DNA of 64,000 bases from Massalongia carnosa (GCA_965645245.1 OZ287068.1:1798001-1862000); one strand, 5' to 3'. Numbered from the stretch's first letter, positions 27,805 through 40,022 are shown. The notes: a model not told the origin generated them from the sequence alone. Program-made: numbers and translations.

Positions 27805-29144
27805 CAGAGCACGCGGGGGACAAAAAAAAAACTACACCAAAATTTAACCGGGTTCAACCCCCCACCAAAACACAAGCAATTTCCATACAATTTTGATGGG
27901 ATAATCACCATTTCAACAACCAGTCATCCAATTCATTCAATCTATTCAATAACCAGTCATTTTACCCTCACCATCCAAAACAGCTCTCAATCTATCTGGC
28001 ATAGTAGACACCCGTTCATTGATAAATGCCTGGGAAACGTTCGCCCACCCCTCATAAATTAGCCCCTTGGTCGTATCATCATCCCAATGAGGATATTTTT
28101 TTAAATATTGCTTCGGGGCCTGCCAGCAATTTTCTATGGGGGCCAAATCAGGTGAACATGGACAGTTGAAATAGTGCTTCAGATCGTTGTTCTGCTTCCA
28201 AGTGCGTACAATGTTTGATTTGCCTGGTCCATGTCCAGAATCACCGTCTTCTTCTAAGACGAAATCGTGTTTTGCTTCAATCCAGGGCTTCACAATAGGC
28301 TCCAATATAGAGTCGATATAGACTCGTTGACTCATCTTTCCATTGGAGTTTCCAGGAACTCTGTTAAAAGTAGAAATCTGACTTGAAGTCATGACCTGCA
28401 GCAGCCCAACAGTGATGTCTCTTCTTGGCGGCCTCGTCTGGTTCATCTGCTTCTTGAATACAATCATGACAATAACGTTCACCTAATCTTCGTATGATGC
28501 GTAATTTGCCCTGAGGTCCCCATCCAAAGTGCACTTCGTCACTAAATCGAACTTGTTTCCAGTCTTCTGCATTTGGATATCTAGAAAGCATAGCATCTGA
28601 CCACTTCATACGAAGCTTTCTTGTCTTCTCGTTCACCCATCCCTTTCTGCACGCAATGCATTTGTGATAATCCATGGTGCCCATGATTCGTTGAATGGTT
28701 TTGCCACTGCAGTCTAGGCCTACTTCGAAGCCCAATTGCTCCCATGTAAGAGCGCGCGCCTCCATACCTTCTTCTTCCAATAGCCGTTCCATTTCTCTAA
28801 TCAATTTAGGCGTAACAATTTTGTGACGCCCACGAGCTTCAGAAACATCGGAATTATTATGATGACGGCGTGATGAGGCTCCTTCACGCAGGTATGCATA
28901 GCCCCTCGTACGTTCCACATCAAATGTGCGAAAAACATCCTCTTTGTGATAAGAAATGCCTTGCTTTTCGCAAAATTCAACGGCTCCCTGAATTTTAGCT
29001 TTGGTAGGAGTCTCGATATGTTTAGAATTCATAATAATGATAATTATCCCATCAAAATCGTATGTAAATTGCTTGTGTTTTGGTGGGGAGTTGAGCCCGG
29101 TTAAATTTTGGTGTAGTTTTTTTTTTGTCCCCCGCGTGCAGAGG
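27805..29144 (-). mobile_element. Tc1/mariner-superfamily DNA transposon, DD37E spacing, ~1.34 kb
   Basis: 97-bp TIRs 27809-27905 and 29043-29139 (4 mismatches by eye); TA at 27803-27804 and 29145-29146; outermost 4-5 nt of the two ends differ. Confidence 0.95.
27946..29032 (-). pseudogene. Tc1-like transposase split by a single +1 frameshift
   Basis: ORF 28364..29032 (HTH region, VRFSDE) and ORF 27946..28482 (LEEDGDSGH...SPDLAPIEN) join at TAC TTT TAA C ~28364-28372. Confidence 0.85.
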
Positions 29145-29156
29145 TACTAATCAGTG

Positions 29157-29440
29157 TGTTGTAAGCCTCAGTACCTCAGACCTGCTTTGCCCTCGCCACA
29201 GCTAAGCCTTTTCGGATTAGTATATAATTAGTCAGAAGCTAAGTCAATTTAGTTAAATGTTTAACTGTTTTAGGATAAGATTCTATTTAGCTTACTATAG
29301 TTATGTACTCGTATGCTTCGTGTAAGCACAGCAAACTTAGTAAGCAAAGCCTAACTTTAAAGGGTTAGGCATATAGACCAAATAAGTTAGCGCCGAGCTA
29401 ACCGAAAGAGGTTAGTGCAGACGAAGGCTGTGCCACAACA
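29157..29440. mobile_element. Solo-LTR-like relic (284 bp)
   Basis: Starts TGTTGT and ends ACAACA (TG..CA with 6-bp inverted termini); TpA-rich interior; no matching target-site duplication found. Confidence 0.55.
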
Positions 29441-30326
29441 CGTCTGAGGTACTGAGGCAAGGACGAGTATATGTATAAAATTGGCTTTTAAACCCCTTTG
29501 CATTCCATGGAGGCTGAACAGATATAGACCGCATGTGGTAATTCGACTTGCTGTGCGGCTCATGTACATAATCAGGTCAGGACGCGGGCTACCAATTAAC
29601 CAACACATCTTGTCGACTGCTGGTTACTCTGTACTTTGTACTTTCAGATTCGTTGAAACATGATTTTTAAGCTGTAGATTTCATCATCGGCACGCGACCG
29701 CAATTGGACTAAAGAACTCTCCATCTTCATTGTGTATCAAGACTTTCTAATTGTTGTCAAAGGTATTTGTAATGTTTTCGGAAAATTAAAGAGAAGTTTA
29801 GTATTACCAGCAGGCGACATGCTTCAGTTAGTGCCTTCTTGACCGTATCTACCTTCTCCGCACCGCTCTTTGGCTTTCGTACAGTTTAAACGATTTAATT
29901 GGCAAGTCGCGAAAAGTTGCACGCGACAGCGCACATTATCCACGAGTTAAAAAGCTTATTTCGTCCAATTCGTCCGGTTTTCCTGAGAACAGAAAAGCAA
30001 GGCAACCTTGGCTGTATAACATTACTCTAGAGATAAACCAGATACAAGTTACGGCTCAAGTTTCTAACGTCATCTCCTTCACAGAAAAGTTGACTGCCTC
30101 TGAAAGCACGCAAGTGTAAGCCGTAATCACTTCAACCATCGAAATTTCCTTCTTCATTCCCTTCCAACCCCCCTCCCGCATATTAACCCACTGTGGTCGA
30201 TGCACCAACGTTAATTACCCATCGGAGACGACGGCAGCATGACCAAACCTTTGAACAAACTTTAATCCAATCTCGTATTTAACAAGCTGAGCACACTCCT
30301 TTGCGCTCTCGGCGCTCGCAGCGCTG

Positions 30327-31698
30327 ATGTGGATCGTGCGCATCTTCTCCTCGGTGATCTTCCTAACCTCCACCATTCTCTCCATACCCTTAGCATTTGA
30401 TGTTGGTGGCAGAGCGTCTGGTCTTGCCTTTTCCTTATCGCTATTTTTATTCTACTTTTATTACTCCATGCTCCGGCTAGCGACCCCGCCTGAATCACGA
30501 TATCGACATGCTCTCGTGCAGATCATCGGATGGACGCAATGGCTGGTGTTACCTTCGCTGTTAATATGGTCTCTGAACCGCTTCTCGGTATATAACGATG
30601 GGAGCTGCAGCTGGGTGGAGCGGACCTTCAGCGGGAAAAGAGCAGAGGATGCCTCGGTGAGAGAATGGATCTTTGGTCCAGATGGGCTGGCCGAAACTAT
30701 CACCGTTGGAAGCTGGGATAAGATATTACGCTGGTCAACCCCGGTATTTCAACTATCTGAGGGATTTTGCAGCTTGCTGGTCATACAGGCTGCTGGGCAA
30801 GTTACTCGATGGCTGGTCAATAGGTCTGGGAGGAGCGATAGCTGGATGGTATGGGGATCTCCTACAACATCGAGGCTATGCTAAATAATATGTATAGATC
30901 GGACTACTGGTAATGTCTGCATCGGTCATCTCAAGCTCGGTGTATTTTCTTTTGCGAGTTACCAGGTTTCCTGAGATTGGCAATGTCGACGCTACGCTCA
31001 TTGGTATTACCATAACCTGTGCTGTGTTCCTTTGTGCTTGGGGTATAGGCAGTGGGAAAGGAAACCCAGTGGAGAGCTCGCTCCTATTTGCATATATTGT
31101 TCTATGCATCTACCAAATATTCACAGACTACCAGCCCTCGAATCCGGTGGAGCCTCTTCCGCCACCATCTCAATCCACCGACTTTCCCCCGTTTCCTCCA
31201 ATCATCATGGCTTCCTATATCACCCTTCTTCAAGCTTTGTCTGTTCTCCCTTCTGCCATCCATGCAACTTTCAGCTTCTTCGTTGCTGCCCTGAGCACCA
31301 TCACTCCATCTGTCATAATATCTCTTGCCTATCGTCTCTTCGTGCTATATGCCTCAACGCGGATCATTCCCGGAGTCCGAGAATCCGGTGCCGGTGCCCT
31401 GTCTCAGGAAGCTTCGCTTGAGGACTCGGATGGAGCTGGCCAGATACTGGGTCTCCTCAGCTGGTTCAGCCCCAGCATCCTCATCGCCGTGTACACAAGC
31501 CTACTGATGCAGCACTTTGCATCCATCAGCGGCGAAGGTGGGGACGCCAACTGGTGGACCAGTCAAGGGGGAGATGTAGGTGGGAATCTGTGGAGGTGGG
31601 TTAACCTAGCTGGGACTATGGCATTGTACGCGTTGGAGTTGTATCTGGGAAAAGATGATATAGATGGAGGCCTAACAGAGCATTGGAAGGCCGATTGA
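30327..31698 (+). CDS. ICE2: ER membrane protein Ice2
   Basis: IFSSVIFLTSTILSIPLAFDVGG..SGLAFSL, STPVFQLSEGFCSLLVIQAAGQ, G.GSGKGNPVESSLLFAY, WFSPSILIAVYTSL; intron ~30850-30897. Confidence 0.93.
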
Positions 31699-32509
31699 CC
31701 AGGGATTGAGATCTGTTTTGTGCTTGGTCTAAAGGGTGCCGAAACAACAAAGCGTCTGGGAATGTTTAAGTTGCCCGAAATCAGCCGGTGAAAGGAGCAT
31801 CCTTGGAACTGATGGCTGAACGGATGAAGGTTAACGAACGCCGCACTGTCGTGCAACCACCTTCGCTATAATCACGGCGTCCTCCGAACCATCTAGCTAA
31901 CTTTAGCTTTCTATTACACCTCATCCCCACACCCACCAACCAGCTTGGCTGTACAGCCTCCCCCAAAACACCCACACGCGCCGCCATCTGAGGGCTCCTC
32001 CCCTCCACTCCACACAGCAGACACCATCCAACCTTGTCCAGCAAAAACCCCCCATCCCTTTCAGGTCAGGGTTTGTGCAAAACCTGCTGTTCAGTTTCAG
32101 AATATTCTCACCAAGGTTGTCGTCCATCATGGGGCACAGATTGGCTAGATTTGAAGCATGGAAAGGGCGTGGGACAGGAAAAGAGTCGAAGAGAGAAATT
32201 GTATATATCCACAGCCGGGCACCATCGCTAGGTTACGTATCTTCCAATGGCGTATCTAATGGGAATGTAAATTTAAGCCTTCATCTTTCTTGCTTGCGAG
32301 ATTATGTATTCTATACCGTCTCTTTCACACCAAGGACTTTAACTTCTTACTTTTGAACAGCCCTTTCCCGTGTTTCCCGTCATCATCATTAATGTATGTC
32401 ATCCAGCTTCTTCGCACTAGTTACTCGAAAGTCATCGGATAGTGTGTTAATCTACTCGCTTCGTGCAACAACCCCTTATCTACCTAATCTATTTTATCCA
32501 GAGAGAGTA

Positions 32510-34344
32510 ATCGTGCTAAACCACTTTCGGAATGAAAGAGCATCCCTTAGTGCTTACCAGCTCAATGACGCATTGGGCTCAATGTCGTTTTTTCCATCAT
32601 CTACCCACCATCTTTGACACGTAAAAACTCCACACCATGCCTTCTGATTCTTATTATAAACTCGAAAATCGTATTGAAGAGGCCATCGACGCGCTTAATG
32701 AAGGTTGGTACAAGAATTGTACGAAGGCTGCGCGTGCATACGGAGTGCCCATTCGTCAACTTCAAAGACGATGGAATGGGTCCAACTCGAAAAGCACCCG
32801 CCCCAGCGTCAATAAAGCTCTTACGGAGGAGCAAGAGGAGGCGATTCGCGAGTATATTGATCGGTGTGACCGATTCAATATGTGCGCTAGGCTGAAGATG
32901 ATTATGGGGGCGGCGAATTATTTGATTCGTTCAGAGAATCGAAAGGTAGGGCATCAGTGGTTCAGTCGATTTCTTGAGCGAAATTCTCAATACAACAAGC
33001 GCAAACAAAAGCCCCTGGCGACGGAACGAAAAAATAGTCATAGTCTCATAGATATGAGGGATTATTTCTATAAATTGAAGGCTGTTATGAGAGACAAGGG
33101 CATCACCGAGGTGGATGTTTGGAACATGGATGAAACAGGCTTTCGCATTGGCTGTGGACGGGCTCAAATGGTGATTACCATGGACCCGAAAAAGCCTTTG
33201 CGAATGACGGATCCGGATAATCGTGCTTACATCACGACGGTGGAATGTATAAGTTCTGGAGGGGTGATTCCCCCTTTGATCATCATTTCAGGGATGCAGA
33301 TTTTGCATAAATGGTGTCAGGAAAATGATTTACACGATGACATTCTCATTGGCACCAGCGACAGTGGTTATTCAAATGATGATTTAGCTATGGACTAGTT
33401 GAATCATTTCATCGAGCATGCGAGTAGCAAAAGGCAGGGTGCATGGCTACTTTTAATCATTGACGGTTTTGGATCGCATATGACCATCCCATTCTTTGAA
33501 CTAGCCACCGCCACCAACATCGTTTTGTTTCGATTACCAGCTCATTTCACTCATCTCACTCAGCCATTGGACGTAGGTGTTTTTCAATCGTTTAAACACT
33601 ATCACACCGAGGCTATAGATCGAGCTGTCCGGTTGGGGGACATCCGTCATGCGTTCAAATCAACCGGAATCGTACCGTTTAACCCAAATGTTGTCCTGGA
33701 CAAAATTCGGGAAAAGGAGGCACAATTGAGGGAGTCAGCCATTTGAACTCCCTCCCCCCCTCTTCCATTGAATCAACATACACCCAATGGGCCCGAATCG
33801 ATTGTTCGGTACGGTCGAAAGTTTCAGAGAGCCATTGCCAAAGCGGGACCCAATGATAAGCTGGAGGTTCAACAAATTGAACGATTTGTTCGAGGCGCAG
33901 TGGCCTCCGCCCATGCTTTGAATTTGACCACCCGAGACCTTCATGCCATGCAGGAAGCAGCTTCAGCACGTCAGAAACGGGCCGTTCTTAGTGGACAGGT
34001 GGCCTCTCAGGGTGGAATCATCAAGGTGAGTCAGTGTAGGGAGCTTTGTTCAAAAAGAAAGCAGAAGGAGGAAGAAAAGGCAAAACGAAAGAAGGCTAGG
34101 GAGGAGAAAGCGGCTGAGAAAAAAAAAATTCTCAGCTGAATCAAATAGCCTTTCTCATCAATGACACATCTTTGATAGAGTAGTCAATTCTCTACGTATA
34201 AAAGTTGCAAAATTCACAATCGGAGTTGTTTTGATGACGTGGTGAATTGTTTGATGGATAGATGGTAGAAAAAACGACATTGAGGTCATTGAGCTGGTAA
34301 GCACTAAGGGATGCTCTTTCATTCCGAAAGTGGTTTAGCACGAT
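32510..34344 (+). mobile_element. Fot1/pogo-type DNA transposon (~1.83 kb)
   Basis: TIRs identical for ~60 bp (ATCGTGCTAAACCACTTTCGGAATGAAAGAGCATCC...), then an 8-bp indel and ~30 bp more similarity; TA at 32508-32509 and 34345-34346. Confidence 0.95.
32637..34139 (+). pseudogene. Fot1/pogo DD35D transposase with two in-frame stops
   Basis: Three collinear in-frame ORFs; HTH/CENP-B-like region, WNMDETGF, LIIDGFGSH and QPLDVG (35 residues between D2 and D3); stops TAG 33396-33398 and TGA 33744-33746. Confidence 0.92.
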
Positions 34345-34414
34345 TAGGGCGAGCTAGTATTTGACTGAAGGAAGGTGGAGGAAGCGAATGGGCTTCTGGA
34401 ATTCATGCTTTATC

Positions 34415-34450
34415 GATTTCGCTTAATTATCAACCGAATTAAGCGAAATC
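34415..34450. repeat. Perfect 14-bp inverted repeat with 8-nt loop
   Basis: GATTTCGCTTAATT-atcaaccg-AATTAAGCGAAATC. Confidence 0.9.
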
Positions 34451-34699
34451 ATTTTCCCACCATACATTGATCCGATGACGCAATTCTACCTTTAACAAAC
34501 AACTTTCGAGTAGCGTCTCCTCCATTTCAGGCTCTTTCCTTTACACAAACACATACACCATGATGTTGGCCGACAAAAGACCCTGTGGCGAATTTGAGTG
34601 ACGAGCACTCGCATCCATTACACAGGGACCTTTGTCGGCCGACTGACTCTGTACATGTCCATAATACTGTGTCGTTCACCCTTCCTCCATTAGCGGTCA

Positions 34700-35300
34700 G
34701 ATCTTTCTGGCTCTTTGTTCCACTTGAAAGTACCGGAGGTGCTTCTACTTTATATCTTTACTCTACGGTGTTGACCATTAGCTTGATCGTCTCCGCGGCT
34801 ATGGCTCGATCCCGAAATTCCTGCTGTCATCTTTTCTTTGATGCTCTTGAAGGCACCGGTGGTGTTGCTTCTACTCCTTAAAACTTACCCTATCATCTCT
34901 TTACTCAGCCTTCCAACCAATCCTTTAGCTACAGGTCAATCCTTCCCTAAGATCATCTGTTCTTTGCTCTACTCGAAGTCACCGCAGGTGCCTCTACTCA
35001 CTCAAACCTTGCCACGTCTTTTACTCCTTCTCGATATTTCAATCAATATTTAGCAGCTACATCTAAGTCCTCCCACCTCTCAAAAGTTACTTACTCCCTC
35101 GAAGACACCGGAAATGCTTCGCTTAAGCTTACATTATTACGTCTCTTACTTTTACTCAACCTTTCAGTCCACCTTTGGCTACGACTCAGTTACTCCCTGT
35201 AACCATCTACTCTTTGCTCTCCTTGAAGTCACCAGAGGCGCTTCTACTTAAACATGCAAATCTCATCTCTCTAACTCCTAATCAAGCATTCCTCAGCTAC
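34700..35300 (+). repeat. Degenerate ~125-bp tandem repeat (5 units), probably a decayed 41-42-codon protein repeat
   Basis: Core CTYGAAnnnACCnnnGGYGCYTCTACT at 34723, 34846, 34972, 35098 and 35222. Confidence 0.75.
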
Positions 35301-37927
35301 AACCCAAAATCCCCCGGCATTTAGACCGGTGGTTTTGAGGTCATTTTCAGCTTCGCAGCTATTCTCACGCCGAAGCCTTGAATATTTAAAGAAGGATAAA
35401 CAATACCGCGACCATGGCTTCTTAGTATCAGTTGAAAATTTCATAAATAATCCTGAGCCGTAACCCATTGGACATAAAATAAGAGGGGCCCTCTATGATA
35501 GTTTACCTTCACCAACCTCGGCAACCTTCAATATCTTTTGTGCAACCAGGAGGGCTCATTGATATCATGTAGCCGTGATCGGCTCTTGTAATCAATCCTA
35601 AAAGCAATAAAGCTGACAGAAAAAATACTAAGTCTTCTTCCGCTCAAAGGGCAACAAACAGTGTATGGCCTCTTCTCTAAGGTTTCCGATATGATCATAG
35701 ACAAAGAGAAATATGCCCCATCCAACGATCCCGGCAATACCGTTCGATCTCCATCACCGTTCTTATTCCCACTTCCACTTTCACTTCCACTCACATTGCG
35801 CAAATGAAGCTACCTGAAAGGAAAGGTTTGCTAGCCACCAAAATACTGCTAAGAAATCTACGCCTTTGGCCGTTGGAAATATCGAGACTACTAAATAGAT
35901 GAGGAAACCACTACAGTCAATGAAGATTAGCGGGGAGCAAGAAGCATTGAGATAAATCATCGACAAAGGCAAGCAGGGGAAATCGAGTTCAGTCATGAAG
36001 AAGCAACCTTCATGGAGTAAGACGGAGCGGCAGTCAAAGCTATTCAAATGGTCGGACAAGCTAAAACTTGTTCCCGTTGCCCACACGTAATTTATCGCAA
36101 ACCTATGGATCACCCAAAAACTCGAATAGGCTACGGCTAAAGGTGAAGGAGTACTAGACCATTACCATCTAGCGTCCTCTGTTTGAAGGACTGAGTGGTC
36201 TGCATATTAAGCAAGCGTTTACGCATTTCGAAGATATTTCGGTTGCTGCATTGTCGCATTGTCTACACTCTTTAAGACGGTAGTTTAACCACTAAGGGAC
36301 CCTGATGTACTCGAACCGCGAATCTGGACCATTGCAATATAATTGGAGGTAGAGAACCGGCAACTATCCAAATCTTCGAGAAGCTCAAATTGGCGATCCA
36401 AGACATTAAATAACTCCTAAGGGTCGGCCTTAAGAATACCCTCCTCAGCAAAACCGCCATTCTAAGTTGGTAGAATCTCTTGCTAAAACCCCCCCTAGCG
36501 CTTGTTCCAGTGCCAGAATAAGTTCAGGTAGGAATTCTTTAGGGCGTTATACAACTTGAATGGTTGTTTTTAATCATCTGACACGAGCTCTGTTTGGTTT
36601 TTAACATGCGGTATAGTTTTCGAATACTCGACGGGGAACGATTCTCAATGATGTTATCATGATTGGATTTAGAGAAACCTATTCATTATCCACCTTTTTC
36701 TTTGGGATATAGAATAGCACACAACCTATTTTCTTCCCCATGGGTCCCACCGTTTTTCTAGCGACAAATCAAGCCAGCCGAGGATTCTGGACAGGAGATG
36801 CATAATCAATAATAAGAACCATATGAACCACTTCGTGAACTCAAGGCATCCCGGATTTGCTACAGCGCCGGGCTGGAGTATCATGCTGCACACTTCATTC
36901 AATCATACTATTTTGCTAGGATGAGTCTATTATTTTAGTAGCTCAGATAGGGATTGTACTATCTTAGCCCAAGGTCGCCGTTAGTTCAATGTTGGGTTCC
37001 TCGCCAAGGAGAACTGGATCAATTTACCTTCCACGGGCAAAACCCCCTCATTCATATCCATCCTAGCCAAGAAAATTGCTACATGCATTATATCTTCATT
37101 GCTGCCGGCTTTTCTCACTGGCCTGTGTCCCATCCTTCGTCTCTTATCTGGCAGCTCGGTCTTTTGTTCCTCGTACCCTCAGCCGTTACCTCGCTAAGGA
37201 AAATACCCTGGCGCAATGCTCTTAATCCCCATCTCGGCTCCTTGCAGCTTCACGCTCACCAGCTTGCTTAGATGCAGAATAAACATGTTGTAGAAAAATT
37301 GGCTGGGTGAGCTGCGCATCAGGCCGCTCATATTAGGGATGACAACCATATAGGCGGAATGCGGGGGGAAAGGGTAAGGCAGGTCGGTGCAGGGAGGATT
37401 CGCAGGAGAGGTAGGAAAGCGAAGGGGGTGGATAGACAGATGGGACGTTGGTAGTAACAGCGGAGGACAAGGCGTTGGGGCCTGTTGATTCTAAGCTGAG
37501 AACAGGGCTATTGTTTGATGAGGATTCAGGGAAGATTTTGGAGCCGGAGATGTTGGGTTCTGTTACTTGGGTTATTTTAGTGGTGGGGGATTGAAGGCGT
37601 ACATCATGGAAACTGGGGGAGAAGAGGGCACGCTCAGGAGGTTGATGTATTCTTCCTTCAAAATTCGGCTACTAGATTCATGAGACCGATGTTACGTCGA
37701 AGAGCTGTCGCTTTGCTAATAGTTATCACTAGTGATTTATCGTTAATTCAAAAGCAAAGAAACCACGAAACTCGTGGATTTTTCCGATATCGAAGCCCTA
37801 ATCTCCTGTCCTTTGTAGCTTAAACCGAGTCGATACATCAAATATGAACATTGATATGAAAACATCTCCGAATTTCTCCCATTTTCCAACCTACGACGGC
37901 AGAACCCACACTCTATTCCTCAATCGC

Positions 37928-39226
37928 ATGATTCGAAACCTCTTCAAAATGGCCTCCGAAACTGCATCCAAGCGCCTCAAGACCTCTCCCCCACTAATCG
38001 GCACCCACAGGTCTATCCACCTCCCCGTCACCCACTACTGTAATCACCATGGCTGACTAAGTTCTTTCTAACTCAGCGGCCACTTCCACGCCGACGAGGC
38101 CCTAGCAGTTTATCTCCTCCGTCTCCTGCCCACCTACCAACCATCCACCCTAGTCCGCACTCGAGATCCCAACCTCCTCTCAACCTGCCACACCGTAGTC
38201 GACGTCGGCGGCGAATATGACCCTCCCACGAACCGCTACGACCACCACCAGCGTACCTTCACTGCCACCTTCCCACGGCGCAACACGAAGCTCTCGTCCG
38301 CGGGCCTCGTCTACCTGCATTTTGGAAAAGAGATCATTGCGCGCCGCACGGGACTGAGCCAGGACGGCGAGCAGGTGCGGGTGCTGTGGGAGAAGCTGTA
38401 CGGCGATTTCATCGAGGCGTTGGATGCGCACGACAACGGCATTAGCGCGTACGACCCGGCGGAGACGAAGGGTCTCACGAAGCGCTTTCACGACGGGGGC
38501 GTCTCCCTCGGCAGCATCGTCGGCGACCTCAACAACGCCTACAGCGACGACGAAGACGATACACCCCATTCCCCGGCTTCCTCCCCTACGAATATCAATC
38601 CCAGCCCCTCATCTCCCGCCCAAGATCCGAACTCCACCACCATCATTCCAAAAGATCCCTCTACCCCCCAGTCCCTCGAAGATGCTCGCTTCCTCCGCGC
38701 CTCCTCCCTAATCGGCGCCGTCTTCCTCCGAAAACTCCGCTACTGCTACCGCGCCTGGCTCCCATCCCGCTCCGTCGTCCACACTGCCTACGTCTCCCTC
38801 GCCTCCCTTCCTTCACCCTTAAATCAAATATTGATACTCCCACACAGCGTCCCCTGGAAAGACCACCTCTATACGCTCGAAGCGGAAACGTCCTCCCCCC
38901 AGCAACCACGCTCCAAAAGCTCCCCCACCCGGCACTCCCAACATCAAACCCAACAGCAGCCACCACCAGTCCTCTACGTTCTCTACCCCGAAGACTCCAC
39001 CGCCCCGCAATCAACCAAATGGCGCGTCCAAGCCGTCGGCGCCAACGAAGGCAGTTTCGAGAGCCGGAAGCCCCTCCCCGCGCTGTGGCGGGGCTTGCGC
39101 GATCGCGAATTGGACGCCGTGGCGGGCGTGGAGGGGTGCGTGTTTGTGCATGCGTCGGGGTTCATTGGCGGGAATGCGAGTAGGGAGGGCGCGCTGGAGA
39201 TGGCGAGGAGGGCGGTGAAGAGTTGA
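37928..39226 (+). CDS. MYG1: MYG1-family (UPF0160) DHH exonuclease
   Basis: LIGTH|SGHFHADEALAVYLLR, VVDVGGEYD..RYDHHQR, KLSSAGLVYLHFG, FIEALDAHDNGI, PWKDHLY, LP..WRGLRD, FVHASGFIGGN; intron ~38010-38076; in-frame ATGs at 37844, 37928 and 37949. Confidence 0.95.
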
Positions 39227-40022
39227 GGGGCGTCAGGGGGGGAAAGGGAATTTGGGGGAAGAAATAGACGGATGGAGGGAAGGGCAATCGGAGATCGAGA
39301 ACGCAGCATTTCCATCACGCAGGACCTTGGCTTAGGTAGAATACGCCGTTTTGCGGGAAAAAATAATGGGTGGAATGCATGCATGCATCCGCTTAGCAAA
39401 CATCAATGTGGGAGAAGGACAGATAGACAGGTAGTCTACACCCCCTTCCCCACCCTCTTTTTAAATTCCTTCCGAGGAAATACCAGCTCTCTCTCTCTCT
39501 CTTTTCACCTTTCATATCCACAAAAATACCCAAAAACACCATTAGATAATGGAGGGATCTGAGCGGATGAAGCGAATGGTTTCATTTAAAAGAGTGCTCT
39601 CGTGCTTCGAACCCGAATGTCGAAAAATGTTGGGCCTGAAAGTAAGTCAAATATGAGGGTCACGTTTACCAAAAAAATGGATAGAGAGATGATGGATGGG
39701 GGATAGCAAATCATCCTCCAACCAACCCCCCTCCGAAAAAGAGAATGGAAAAAGTTAGCCAAAACTCCCCCAACCAAACGCCATCATTCTCGCCTTGACT
39801 GATCGAAACACAGCGTGTCGTAGCGAAGGTTCCTTCACATGCAATCATTCGTTCATCGTCTCCCATGTGTCCCGCTAACTCCGCTTTCCCCGCCCTCCCG
39901 CTCATCCCATTCCCGTTTGGAAAATAACATCAATTGTGACCGCCCACACCCCTCGAAACCCTCTACTCCAGATCCCCAATCCCCGATCCCCGATCCCAAG
40001 CATCACAGAAATGTGAAACTAC

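Noticed and set aside
34700..35300. CRISPR-like array (conserved core with variable spacers)
   Set aside because: Eukaryotic context, degenerate cores, spacers similar to one another, no cas genes
37270..37690. Ser/Pro-rich open stretch on the minus strand divergent from MYG1
   Set aside because: No clear start, splice model or motif; explained by C-rich strand bias
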